DNA of 64,000 nt, taken from a bacterium (GTDB taxonomy: Bacteria > Patescibacteriota > Saccharimonadia > UBA4664). The stretch spans positions 1,138,715 to 1,202,714 of the forward strand of contig CP064960.1 in NCBI GenBank assembly GCA_016699105.1, in the 5' to 3' direction. Under the pieces are notes generated by a model. It worked only from the letters and a program-made list of their open reading frames with translations, was not told the DNA's origin and did no database searches. Made by a program: the position numbers and the translations under genes. Shown here piece by piece: positions 10,333 through 19,707 of this stretch (positions are counted from its first letter, which is position 1; each line of letters opens with the position of its first letter).

Positions 10333-10416
10333 GCGAACTTTATTGCAATTTATAACTCTATATTATATAATAACCCTAGTTCATTGCTCTTACACAACAT
10401 GGAGGGAGTGGTCAAC

Positions 10417-11319
10417 GTGACCGCTCGATTGGTTCGCTACACGTTCCTCGTCATTGTTGCTGTGACCGCTCTCGCTTTGAGCGGGTGCAGCCCGGATGCT
10501 ATTCCGGTCACGGTTGCATCCGCTGGCGAAGTCCAAGGCGCGATGGTGGCTGCGCCTAGCGCGACCGTCACGTCGGTCGTCCAGCCAACACCAACTGCGG
10601 CGCCGTCAAAGGCGGTCGTGGCTCGTCCGAGTCCATCCAAGACAATCACCAAACCGGTGCCGAATACGAAGCAATCGGTGTGGTGTGCACCCATCGGCGT
10701 GAGCCAGTCTGGGCCGAAACCGCAGGTTGTTGCTCTGTCGAGCGGAACCATGCCAGGTTATTTCGGCACGGTGACCAACAGCGGCTACAAGGTCAAGTTC
10801 GAACGTTTCGACAATGACCTGGTGACAGGTTCGGTTTCGGCCTCAAACGCGACTATCATCATGGTCTACCGGGCAGCCGGCAGCGGCAAGTGTACCCTAG
10901 CCAGTGGTAAGTCCACATCATCTGGGAACGCCACGAGTTACTCTACTCGGTTGCACCAAGGTGATCATGACGTCGTCGTGTACGTGACAAAGTCGATGGC
11001 AACTCAGGTTGCTACGGAGACCTGTCCATCACCCAAGGTGGTAGTGCGCTCAAACACATTCGTGTACAACACGATCACCAAACGGTTCGATGTCAAGGGT
11101 ACCAATTTCGATGGGCTCGCCAAACCCAAACTGATGCCAGCTGGCACCAGTACCAAGGTGAGTATAGCCGCACCAACAGGCATGCTCGTCACGACACACG
11201 TGATTTATTTGAAAAACGGCAAGTGCGAGGACGCGTATAATTTCGGGCCCTCAGTGACCATCAAGGCGCCATCATCTGCCATCCGCTATGTCTGGGGGAC
11301 TGCCGAATTTGGAGAATAG
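10417..11319 (+). CDS. Predicted lipoprotein, hypothetical
   Basis: Signal peptide with a lipobox (ALALSGC). The likely start is a GTG with GGAGGGAG 8 nt upstream; the track ORF starts earlier at 10384. No family recognised. Confidence 0.55.
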   Translation: MTARLVRYTFLVIVAVTALALSGCSPDAIPVTVASAGEVQGAMVAAPSATVTSVVQPTPTAAPSKAVVARPSPSKTITKPVPNTKQSVWCAPIGVSQSGPKPQVVALSSGTMPGYFGTVTNSGYKVKFERFDNDLVTGSVSASNATIIMVYRAAGSGKCTLASGKSTSSGNATSYSTRLHQGDHDVVVYVTKSMATQVATETCPSPKVVVRSNTFVYNTITKRFDVKGTNFDGLAKPKLMPAGTSTKVSIAAPTGMLVTTHVIYLKNGKCEDAYNFGPSVTIKAPSSAIRYVWGTAEFGE

Positions 11320-11354
11320 CTACTATCACGCCACCATCACTCCCCTCTTAAAAC

Positions 11355-11389
11355 CCCTATACCCATCGTAGTGGCCTGACGATGGGTAT
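11355..11389. terminator. Bidirectional intrinsic-terminator-like hairpin between convergent genes
   Basis: A perfect 13-bp stem (ctatacccatcgt / acgatgggtatag) with a 9-nt loop. T/A-rich flanks on both strands. Confidence 0.5.
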
Positions 11390-11414
11390 AGGCCTCCTAA
11401 TATTTATAACTTGT

Positions 11415-12365
11415 TTAATTAAAGGCTTCTTGGTCGATTGAGTTATGTTCAGCGACATGGCCGTGCTTGGTGGTTTTGCCAGCTGAGCCAAAGCTATCGA
11501 TTTTTGATTCCACCACGGCCTGAACGGCTGCTATCACTTCAGGCATGAGCTTGACGATGGCATATTCGGTGGGGTTGGCGGCTAGGACTTTTTCGAGAGT
11601 CATTCGGTAAGCTTTGCGCATATCGGAATTGATGTTCACTTTGCTTATGCCCCGGGTGACGGCTCCCTCGAATTGCTCAGCTGGGGTACCGGAACCGCCA
11701 TGTAGACTGAAATGGGCAGCAGCCGGTGCCGCTGCGACGATTTCTTCAAGTAACTCGAGATCGAGTTGTTTGGGTACTGGATAGGTACCATGCAAGTTGC
11801 CAATAGCAACCGCGTAGGTATCAATGCCGGTTTCGGTAATGAATGCCTTGGCTTCGCTGGGCACCGTGAACGTCTGGCGGATGGTGTCGTAATCGATGGC
11901 ATCGGTATGAACATTGGAGCTCCCACCAAAATAATGCGGTTCACTCTCGACCAGCGCGCCGGTGGTCTTGGCATACTCAACTACTTCTTTGGTGGCGGCA
12001 ATGATTTCGGCGAGTGAGGCATCCTTCTTGGCCTGCGAAAAATCGATATGAATAAATTCAAAGCCTGCGTCAATGCCCGCTTTGGCAGCGGCGACACTGG
12101 GGGCATGATCGAGGTTCAAATAGGCTTCGACGCCATATTCGGTACGATAGTTGTCGACGAGGCAACGGGCATTGGTAAGCCCGATCGCATCTACTTCACC
12201 GGCCGACAATTGTACCAATACCGGACTCTGCTTGGCGGCAGCAGCACGCATGATGGCAATTAGCGTTTCTTGATTGTCGATATTAAACGCGCCCAAGGCA
12301 AAATGTTCTCCTCGGGTACGCTGATATAACGCGCGGGCTGCGGCGATGTGATGGAGTTTAGACAT
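11415..12365 (-). CDS. fba: Class II fructose-bisphosphate aldolase
   Basis: The N-terminus matches class II FBA/tagatose-bisphosphate aldolase (ALYQRTRGEHFALGAFNIDNQETLIAI, ...HFSLHGGSGTP). The start is taken at MSKLHH. Confidence 0.85.
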   Translation of the reverse strand: MSKLHHIAAARALYQRTRGEHFALGAFNIDNQETLIAIMRAAAAKQSPVLVQLSAGEVDAIGLTNARCLVDNYRTEYGVEAYLNLDHAPSVAAAKAGIDAGFEFIHIDFSQAKKDASLAEIIAATKEVVEYAKTTGALVESEPHYFGGSSNVHTDAIDYDTIRQTFTVPSEAKAFITETGIDTYAVAIGNLHGTYPVPKQLDLELLEEIVAAAPAAAHFSLHGGSGTPAEQFEGAVTRGISKVNINSDMRKAYRMTLEKVLAANPTEYAIVKLMPEVIAAVQAVVESKIDSFGSAGKTTKHGHVAEHNSIDQEAFN

Positions 12366-12381
12366 AAGCGAATTATACCAT

Positions 12382-12864
12382 TTATTTACGGGCGAACAGG
12401 GCACCGGCTACGTAAGACATTCCGAAGAGCGCCATGATAGCAGATTGATACATTGGGCCGCCTAATTGGTCCATTCCGAGGCGAAATGCCTGAGACACGA
12501 TAGCCATCACGGCCACACAGACCAAGGTTTGTAACCAAGCAGCTACGCGTAATCGACTGCGGTCAGAATCGATACCAACGGATTTGAGTGCCACCATGGT
12601 TAAAACAAAAATGGCGCTAAAGGCAGCAGCGGCTACGACCATACTGATGAGATATTCGAAGGCAAAATAGTTTTGGCTCAGATCCATAACCGCAGGATGC
12701 AACATCCAGATCATTTGACTAATAAACATGCCTGGAATTAAAACTGCTAAAATACCGGCGATGAACAACACAAGAAATAATAGATCGGTGCGCGACGCAA
12801 GCGGTGTGACAAACAATCTTGATGCTTTTTTAGCAATTCGAGCACGGGCCATGGGCTTACCCAT
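12382..12864 (-). CDS. Small multi-pass membrane protein, hypothetical
   Basis: 160 aa with four predicted TM helices. Confidence 0.45.
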   Translation of the reverse strand: MGKPMARARIAKKASRLFVTPLASRTDLLFLVLFIAGILAVLIPGMFISQMIWMLHPAVMDLSQNYFAFEYLISMVVAAAAFSAIFVLTMVALKSVGIDSDRSRLRVAAWLQTLVCVAVMAIVSQAFRLGMDQLGGPMYQSAIMALFGMSYVAGALFARK

Positions 12865-13850
12865 CCTTTCGTTTCATTAATTCTAAGACGTTTTTAACGA
12901 TATGAGGGGCTGTAAGACCGAAGTGTTCCATGAGCTCTGCTGGTGTACCAGATTCACCGAAGCGATCATTGATACCCATACGACTGACAGGCACCGGGCA
13001 GTGATCGGCTAAAGCTTCGGTGACAGCACCACCCAAGCCACCGGCAACTTGGGCTTCTTCGGCGGTCAAAACAGCTCCGGTGCGGCGGGCGCTGGCACAA
13101 ATCGTAATAGTATCCAAGGGCTTGATCACCGCTACCGATATCACTTCGGCCTCAATCTTGTGCTTGAGGGCTAAGGTTTCGGCAGCTATCAAAGCGTGAT
13201 AGACCATGGTACCGGTAGCAACGATAGTGATATCTTGACCACTGCGGTAAACCTGAGCTTTAGCCAAAGCTGAAAGGCGTTTCGGATGTGGTGATAATTG
13301 GCGTTTTTCCCGGGCTAACCTGATGTAGGCGGGACCCGGATGGGCGGCTAAAGCCTGAACGGCTTTTTTCGGCCTGGAGCGAGTCGATGGGAGCGACTAC
13401 AGTCATGTGAGGTAAGACCCGCATGAGGGCAATATCTTCGAGCATTTGATGAGTGGCGCCATCAGGTCCGACCGAGATTCCAGCGTGAGAACCGACGATT
13501 TTGACACTGGCTTCGTTGAGACAGATGGTGGTGCGTATTTGTTCCCAATTGCGGCCAGGCGAAAAAGCAGCATAGCTAGATACAAAGGGTATTTTGCCAA
13601 CGCTGGCCATGCCTGATGCCACCGTGACTAAGTTTTGTTCGGCAATGCCAACTTCAACAAATCGTTCCGGATAAGCCTTGGCAAAAGCATCCATCTTGGT
13701 AGACTCGGTGAGGTCGGCGCACAGAGCGACGATATCTTTGTTGCGATGGGCAGCTTCCAGCAATCCGCGGCCAAAGCCGGCGCGAATGGGCTCTTGTTTG
13801 ATATCTGGTTTAAGGATATCTGGGTTGAGATGCAGAGAATAATCAATCAT
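12857..13850 (-). CDS. tkt: Transketolase C-terminal subunit, with a 1-bp frameshift in a T6 run at 13364-13369
   Basis: The two ORFs (13260..13850 and 12857..13267) join into a contiguous transketolase pyrimidine-binding plus C-terminal domain. Removing one base of the homopolymer restores AEKAVQALAAHPGPAYIRLAREKRQLSPHPKRLSALAKAQ. Confidence 0.85.
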
Positions 13851-13908
13851 GAGTGTTTAACTTTGTAAATTGTAAAATAAGCCACAATCATTGAGCACAT
13901 TGTGCAAA

Positions 13909-14262
13909 TCAGGGGAATGCCATAGCAGTCAAATTATCTGAAATAGTCGGGCTAGAATTGCCGAATCGAATGGCAATCGGCGCGATAAGCGTAAATAATC
14001 CAGATATAACTGTCACAATCACCGCCAATACCGCGGCTACTTTCCAGATACCCGTGCCAGGAGCTGGAGGTTGCTCACTGGTACGACCGTTCGTTGCGTT
14101 ACCAACGAAGCCAACACCGATGCCAATTAAACTAGCAACAATCTTGATACTACTAAATATGGTTAGCGTCTGGCCCATAGTATCCAGAAAAACCAAGATG
14201 GAAACAACAATTAATACAAAAAAACCAAACCGCTTTAATTGCGTAGGCGAATACTTATTCAT
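13909..14262 (-). CDS. Small 4-TM membrane protein reading frame, with no stop separating it from the transketolase N-subunit
   Basis: MNKYSPTQLKRFGFFVLIVV... is hydrophobic and in frame with the upstream transketolase ORF without an intervening stop. Confidence 0.35.
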   Translation of the reverse strand: MNKYSPTQLKRFGFFVLIVVSILVFLDTMGQTLTIFSSIKIVASLIGIGVGFVGNATNGRTSEQPPAPGTGIWKVAAVLAVIVTVISGLFTLIAPIAIRFGNSSPTISDNLTAMAFP

Positions 14263-15143
14263 GTTCACTCTAATCCGTCCACTCAATGTGCGCAAATCAT
14301 GAAGTGCGACTCGCGCTTGGTCGGCGCGCGGCGGAGCTCCAGGTACATCGGCAGCCCCTGGTGGCATACCATGCCAGTGAAAGTCGTATTCCATATAATC
14401 GACACCCTTTCCGGCTATGGTATGAGCGATAATCACTACCGGGCGCTCGACAATAGCGCGAGCAAGATCGCAGGCAGATATAAAAGCGTCAAAATTATGG
14501 CCGTCAACCTCGATGACATGCCAGCCAAAGGCAGCCCACTTGGCAGCAAGGTCGTCTAACGGCATGACGAGTTCTGTTGGCCCATCGATTTGAATATTGT
14601 TGCGATCGACTATGACGGTCAGATTGACAATTTTTTGGCGGCCGCAAACATCGCGGCTTCCCAGATGTTACCCTCGTCGAGTTCGCCGTCGCCAGTGATG
14701 CAATAGACGCGTTGACGACCACCGTCCATGCGCAAAGCTAGGGCGGCACCGGCTGCCTGACTCAACCCTTCGCCCAATGGCCCACTGGTTGATTCAAGAC
14801 CCGGTAATTTGGTGCGCTCAGGATGACCTTGTAACCTGGAACCAAATTGCCGCAATGTTTGCAATTCTTTCCGCGGGAAATAGCCGGCTTCAGCCATAGT
14901 GGCATAGAGCACTGGTGCGGTATGACCATTCGATAAGAACAGGCGATCACGATCTACCCAATTTGGTTCCTTAGGTCGATAATTTAAGATATGGAAATAC
15001 AGGGCTGTGAAGATGTCAGCCAGTCCCAACGGCCCGGCACTATGGCCGGAACCGGCGGTTGTAAGCATATTGATGATATCCTCCCTGATGCTGGCAGCTG
15101 TTTTAGCTAGCTGGGCATAATCAGGACGGCTCGTTGCAGGCAT
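14263..15143 (-). CDS. tkt: Transketolase N-terminal (TPP-binding) subunit, with a 1-bp frameshift in a T6 run at 14623-14628
   Basis: The N-terminus carries the TPP-binding signature (GHSAGPLGLADIFTALY, GDGELDEGNIWEAAMFAA). After the homopolymer the frame continues as NLTVIVDRNNIQIDGPTELVMPLDD...WHG. Confidence 0.8.
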
Positions 15144-15187
15144 ATGTAGAGCATAACTGGTTTAGAGCTAGGGTGCAATTTTACTGG

Positions 15188-17002
15188 TTAGAGCTGTGGG
15201 CCGACTTCAGCCAGTCCTTGGCCAATAGTAACAATACCTAAGCCTGACGCTTTGACTTTTGCCATGGCGGCGTCGAAATCAGTAGGTTTCGTAGCATAGG
15301 TAGGGTCAACAGGATCTGGGGTGTTGGTGATTTGGTGGTAGACCAAAATCAGCCATGTTTTATTGGCTTTGGCCTGATTGATCCAAGCTTGTATTTCCGC
15401 TTGCGTCGTCAAGTTTGTAATGTTTTGCACTTTGAGGGCACGATTATTGTAAGCGTCTTTGCTATTGTAGCCAGTTTCAACGCTGCGTTGTGATTGGTAA
15501 TAGTTGGCAGCCACTGTTTGGGTCGCCGCCGTATATTCCCCGTATGGATAGGCAAAGTTGGGTACACTTTTGCCAATAAGATTTTGGAGTGTAGTTTGAC
15601 TATTGGCCAATTCAGCAGTTAGTTGATTGGCAGATAGTGTCGGCATATGGGGATGCGTAACCGTATGTGATCCAATTTCGTGTCCAGCTGTTGCGAGGGC
15701 ACGCACTTGAGTGCCGGTCATGTAATCCGGTTGATTCGTAAGTGATCCGGACAAAATATAGAAGGTGACAGGCATGGCGTATTTTTGCAAGATGGGTAAG
15801 CCATTTGTGTATTGATCGGTCCAGCCATCATCGAGCGTAACAGTCACCAGCCCACGACTAAACCCGGTCGGTGTATACAGACCGAAACTATGATCATCGG
15901 TAGTGAGTGTGCCGTTGGCAGCTAACAAATGATATACCGTCACTTGTTTGGCACCGGCGGGAACAGTAAACGGCATCTTGACTTGCGCCCAGGATGTTGA
16001 GGCTGGCACGGCACCGAGATACAAGTATTGTATGGTACCATTGGTCATCGTAACAGCGGCATCAACCTCAGTTGTGACTGTAGATTTATACCAATCGGTA
16101 AATTGATAGGTAGCACCGGCGGTGACGTTTTGCGGAGCAAAGGCCCAGTTGGCATTGCCACTATTATAATTGGCGATTGTTACTTTGGCGCTGCGGCTAC
16201 CACTATGTCCGGTGGTAAAGTATTGAAAACTGGCCGTATTGGTTCCCCAAGATGAAGTAGACCAGTTAGCGGGAGTAGTGCCGCTCGCAGTTTCAAATCC
16301 TGGATTTGCCACTAAGTTTGTAGGGTTGGGTGTAGGAGTGGGAGTTTGAGTTGGGGTTGGGGTAGGAGTAACAGTCGGAACTACGGTCGGAGTTGGCGTG
16401 ACGCTTGGAGTCGCAGTTGGTGTTGGCGTCACTGTTGGAGTTGGGGTTGAGCCGGTAGTAGTGCCAAAGCTGTAGTTATCGGTTTTGAGCGTGCCATTGG
16501 CAGCAATAACGTGGTAAATGGTGAGTTTGGAGGCATTAGCCGGCGAGGTAAAGGTGTAGGTGGCCTGCTTCCACGTTGTACTGGCGGCTGGTGTGCCCAG
16601 CCAGGTGTAGGTGGTTGCCCCAGTCGTTGAAGTCCAGACGGCATCGATTTCTGTAGCCACGCCAGACTGATACCAGTTTGAAAACGTATATTGCGTGTTC
16701 GGAGTCACAGTAATTGGAGTGAAGTACCATTTGGCATCACCATTGGAATAACCTGATACGGTCGCACTAAGACAAGCAGTCCCGTTTTGGCAGCCGGTAG
16801 TCAGGTAAGACAAGGAAGCAGTATTCGTGCCCCAACCACCCTTGCTCCAGCCAGTGGGTGCGCCACTCGTGCTTTGCTCCATTGATGGATTGTTGATTAA
16901 GTTCGGACCAGCAGCTTGAGCGGTAAATGAATTTATACCAGCTACAGCAATGACGAGCATTGCCATCAGCCGAAGAACGTTCGTGCGTTTAAAAATTGTC
17001 AT
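15188..17002 (-). CDS. Secreted multidomain protein: two beta-sandwich (CBM-like) repeats, a PT linker and a C-terminal CE4/NodB polysaccharide deacetylase domain
   Basis: Signal peptide, then internally duplicated about 150-aa modules, then a TPTPTVTPTPT linker. The C-terminal NodB motifs are TLDDGW and GHEIGSHTVTH. Confidence 0.75.
   Translation of the reverse strand: MTIFKRTNVLRLMAMLVIAVAGINSFTAQAAGPNLINNPSMEQSTSGAPTGWSKGGWGTNTASLSYLTTGCQNGTACLSATVSGYSNGDAKWYFTPITVTPNTQYTFSNWYQSGVATEIDAVWTSTTGATTYTWLGTPAASTTWKQATYTFTSPANASKLTIYHVIAANGTLKTDNYSFGTTTGSTPTPTVTPTPTATPSVTPTPTVVPTVTPTPTPTQTPTPTPNPTNLVANPGFETASGTTPANWSTSSWGTNTASFQYFTTGHSGSRSAKVTIANYNSGNANWAFAPQNVTAGATYQFTDWYKSTVTTEVDAAVTMTNGTIQYLYLGAVPASTSWAQVKMPFTVPAGAKQVTVYHLLAANGTLTTDDHSFGLYTPTGFSRGLVTVTLDDGWTDQYTNGLPILQKYAMPVTFYILSGSLTNQPDYMTGTQVRALATAGHEIGSHTVTHPHMPTLSANQLTAELANSQTTLQNLIGKSVPNFAYPYGEYTAATQTVAANYYQSQRSVETGYNSKDAYNNRALKVQNITNLTTQAEIQAWINQAKANKTWLILVYHQITNTPDPVDPTYATKPTDFDAAMAKVKASGLGIVTIGQGLAEVGPQL
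16290..16450. repeat. Pro/Thr-linker-coding repeat inside the CE4 gene
   Basis: Repeats of ggtgtagg/ggagtggg-type units that encode TPTPTVTPTPTATPSVTPTPT. Confidence 0.6.
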
Positions 17003-17092
17003 ACCAGTCCTTTTTATGGTGTAGATAATCCAGCTTAGCTGATAACGAGCCAGCTATCAAGTGATTGAGCTATAAATTCGAGGTTATTAATT

Positions 17093-17123
17093 GGGGCGGA
17101 CACATAAAGTATGTGTCCGCCCC
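17093..17123 (-). terminator. Hairpin terminator downstream of the GH18-like gene
   Basis: A perfect 13-bp stem (ggggcggacacat / atgtgtccgcccc), 21 nt past the stop at 17144. Confidence 0.45.
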
Positions 17124-17143
17124 GGGCATTGTTACGACGATCG

Positions 17144-18370
17144 TTAGTACTCGACGCGCCAGATCATTGTGGGCGCACCAGAGGTCACACTCTCGGCGAG
17201 CTGTTGCTTTTCGTCGGGAGCCGGTAACCAAACTTCATGTTTGAGACCAGCTTCGTCGGTGTAGCTGAAACGATGTTCACCGTCGATGGTTTCGAGCTTG
17301 GTCCAGTTTGGTTGTGCGCTACCAGTGATGATCTTGGCGCTACCGCCAGTCCGTTTGCCAGCGGCATCAACCTTCCAGTCGTAGCCATAGCTGGGTATGG
17401 CCAGCGCCAACTTTGACTCATCGTCGGTCGCAACATGCTCCCAGATGCTGGCAACCCAAGTAGTTGGCGAAATTGCACCAGGATCACTCGTCTGCCAATG
17501 ATGGTTGTAAGCCATCAGTATTACCTGATTGGCGTGCTGGCGGAGACCGGTATAGTCCATGATGAATGGCGGGACATAGGTAGTCGATACCTGGTCCTGC
17601 TCGCGGACGAGCGCTGCCACTCTCAGAATTCGATCTTGCATATGCATAGCTTGAGTGAGTTTGGCGACCAGATCGGTATAACCTTGCGTGATGTAATCGA
17701 CTTGCTGATCGAAAGGTGCCTGCCGTTGTTCGGCGGTTAAGTACCGACTGTACAGACGCGAGATTTCCTGACTAGTAGTCGGTAACGCAAATTCGTAGTC
17801 GAGGGTCAGACCATGAGCTTGCGGCTGATGCGACATAAACTCAGCAATGCGAGTGACATGCTCATTTCGAGCTGCACCCGACATCAAGAGTTTTGCCATG
17901 GCGATGCGCGTAGCTTCCTCGTGTCCGTCGCTCAGTGTGACTAAACGCCATTGACACGGGTATTCATCGGCTTGGCGGGCCAGTGCCGTTTTGAGTCGCG
18001 GATTGAACTGCTCTTTGATTTGATTCTCACCAGTCCACGTCAGCCAAGCGAAATCGACAAGATCTGCCACCGGCAGTGGTCCATTATTGGTCGACCAGTT
18101 TACTACCCAAACACCGTGTGCCTCGAGCAATCTCGGCTGAGCTTTGCACTGTGGAGGACGCGGTGCCGGCGGCGTGCGCGGCAAATTGGCAGTCTTGAGC
18201 GCGACGATGGGCTGCTTCATGATGCGCTCGACGGTACTTGGCTTGGATGTCTTATACTGGGGTTTGATTAGCGACCAGTTCCAGATCAAAGCTACAATGA
18301 CTGCAACTACGAGCACGACAGATATGGAAATCCAGCGAGTTCGGCTGGTCATCTGTAATCCTTCCGTCAA
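17144..18370 (-). CDS. Membrane-anchored GH18-like (chitinase-fold) glycoside hydrolase family protein
   Basis: An N-terminal TM is followed by GH18-like motifs (HGLTLDYEF resembling DGxDxDWE; LMAYNHHW; AIPSYGYDW). Assigned from motifs only. Confidence 0.5.
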   Translation of the reverse strand: MTEGLQMTSRTRWISISVVLVVAVIVALIWNWSLIKPQYKTSKPSTVERIMKQPIVALKTANLPRTPPAPRPPQCKAQPRLLEAHGVWVVNWSTNNGPLPVADLVDFAWLTWTGENQIKEQFNPRLKTALARQADEYPCQWRLVTLSDGHEEATRIAMAKLLMSGAARNEHVTRIAEFMSHQPQAHGLTLDYEFALPTTSQEISRLYSRYLTAEQRQAPFDQQVDYITQGYTDLVAKLTQAMHMQDRILRVAALVREQDQVSTTYVPPFIMDYTGLRQHANQVILMAYNHHWQTSDPGAISPTTWVASIWEHVATDDESKLALAIPSYGYDWKVDAAGKRTGGSAKIITGSAQPNWTKLETIDGEHRFSYTDEAGLKHEVWLPAPDEKQQLAESVTSGAPTMIWRVEY

Positions 18371-18390
18371 AGTGGTAGGGGTGGAGGTGA

Positions 18391-19707
18391 CTAGGGATTC
18401 ATGAATACAGCTTGACGAGGAACGTGTCCCCAGCCAACGAGCCGACCACTCAAGGCGGCAAATAGCGACCGGTAGGTCACAATTACCTGCAGGGGGTCAT
18501 TGATGAGCCGATGAAAAACTGCCCAGAGCGGGTTCCATGACCATTCACGCACGTTATACATGGCGACAAAAGCTGTGACCACGCGAACGGATGTGAACAG
18601 CGCATAATATCCCAGAGTAATTTCCCATCGCCCCTGCCACAAGGCTCCAAAAATTAAGAGCCAGATGAACGGAGCCAGCAACGGCATGAGCGCATTGATG
18701 AGACTGTAGCCCATAATGAAAGCTTGGCTGAAATTCTTAAACAGGTGCCGAAGCACCTCGCGGTGCTTATAAATCACCTGCAGAATACCAAAATACCAAC
18801 GAAACTGCTGCTTCACAAGCGCACGAGGAGTTTCGGGGTAGCGGGTATCAGCAACAGCATGTGGAGCATTGGCAATCTGGTAACCGGCACGCTGCAACCG
18901 CCAACCGGCATCTGCATCTTCAGCCATAGTGTCGGTGGCAAAGCCTCCGAGCTTGCGCATGGCGGCGGTGTCGCATGCTGAACATGCCCCAGACAAGACC
19001 ATGACAACGCCGGCCATAGACTGAGCCATACGGGCTACCGCCATGCCGACAGTGTAGTCTTCCTGCTGCCAGCGAGTGATGAGCTTGGCAAACCAGCCAT
19101 TACCGAGATTCTGGACTGCCACTCGACCCGAAACGGCACCTACCCTGGGATTGGCCATCGGCCGCACCAAGACCGGAATTGTTTCGGCACGAACGAGTGT
19201 GTCAGCGTCAATAAAAACAGTTTTCTCGCCGCGCACAATAGACGGGTTCAACAGGGCAAAATTGAGAGCTGCGCTTTTACCACCGTTGGGTCGGTGAAAG
19301 GCGCGGATCTTGATTGGGCCCATTTTGATTGCCGCTGCATAACTATCGAGAACTTTCCTGGTACCATCTGTCGAGCCATCATTTACAACAACGACTTCGA
19401 CTGCGAATGGATATGAATACGCCAGAATCGAATCGAGCGTATGACCAATGAGATCTTCTTCGTTGTAGGCGGCAATCAGAACTGTTACCAACTTGGGCCA
19501 CGGTGACCAACCGTCAAGGCTATGCCACCACTGGTTTTCTTCGTTGAAATTGTGACGTCGCCACAGCGTGCGGCTCGCATAGATGGATGCGGAACCAATA
19601 ATGAGCGACACAGCTAAACCATAGCCAATGGACATCATCAGACCTGTCTGCGTCCACAAGGAAAAAGCAGTCTGAAAACCGACGGCCCAACTGGCGATGC
19701 GATCCAC
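18391..19707 (-). CDS. Processive family-2 glycosyltransferase (PgaC/IcaA/cellulose-synthase-like)
   Basis: The GT-A core is VLIAAYNEE...VVVVNDGSTDGT. Membrane helices follow, and a QQFRWYFG (QxxRW) motif lies near the C-terminus. Confidence 0.8.
   Translation of the reverse strand: MDRIASWAVGFQTAFSLWTQTGLMMSIGYGLAVSLIIGSASIYASRTLWRRHNFNEENQWWHSLDGWSPWPKLVTVLIAAYNEEDLIGHTLDSILAYSYPFAVEVVVVNDGSTDGTRKVLDSYAAAIKMGPIKIRAFHRPNGGKSAALNFALLNPSIVRGEKTVFIDADTLVRAETIPVLVRPMANPRVGAVSGRVAVQNLGNGWFAKLITRWQQEDYTVGMAVARMAQSMAGVVMVLSGACSACDTAAMRKLGGFATDTMAEDADAGWRLQRAGYQIANAPHAVADTRYPETPRALVKQQFRWYFGILQVIYKHREVLRHLFKNFSQAFIMGYSLINALMPLLAPFIWLLIFGALWQGRWEITLGYYALFTSVRVVTAFVAMYNVREWSWNPLWAVFHRLINDPLQVIVTYRSLFAALSGRLVGWGHVPRQAVFMNP

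Noticed and set aside
4100-16450. GC-rich tandem repeats at about 4.1-4.26 kb, 5.04-5.17 kb and 16.29-16.45 kb, considered as possible mobile or CRISPR-like repeats
   Set aside because: They are in frame within secreted-protein genes and translate to Pro/Thr linkers. They lack the regular spacer-repeat architecture of CRISPR and have no adjacent cas genes.
16028-16730. Short ORFs within the CE4 multidomain gene, on both strands
   Set aside because: They overlap a long, well-supported coding region and its repeated linker. No independent start signals.
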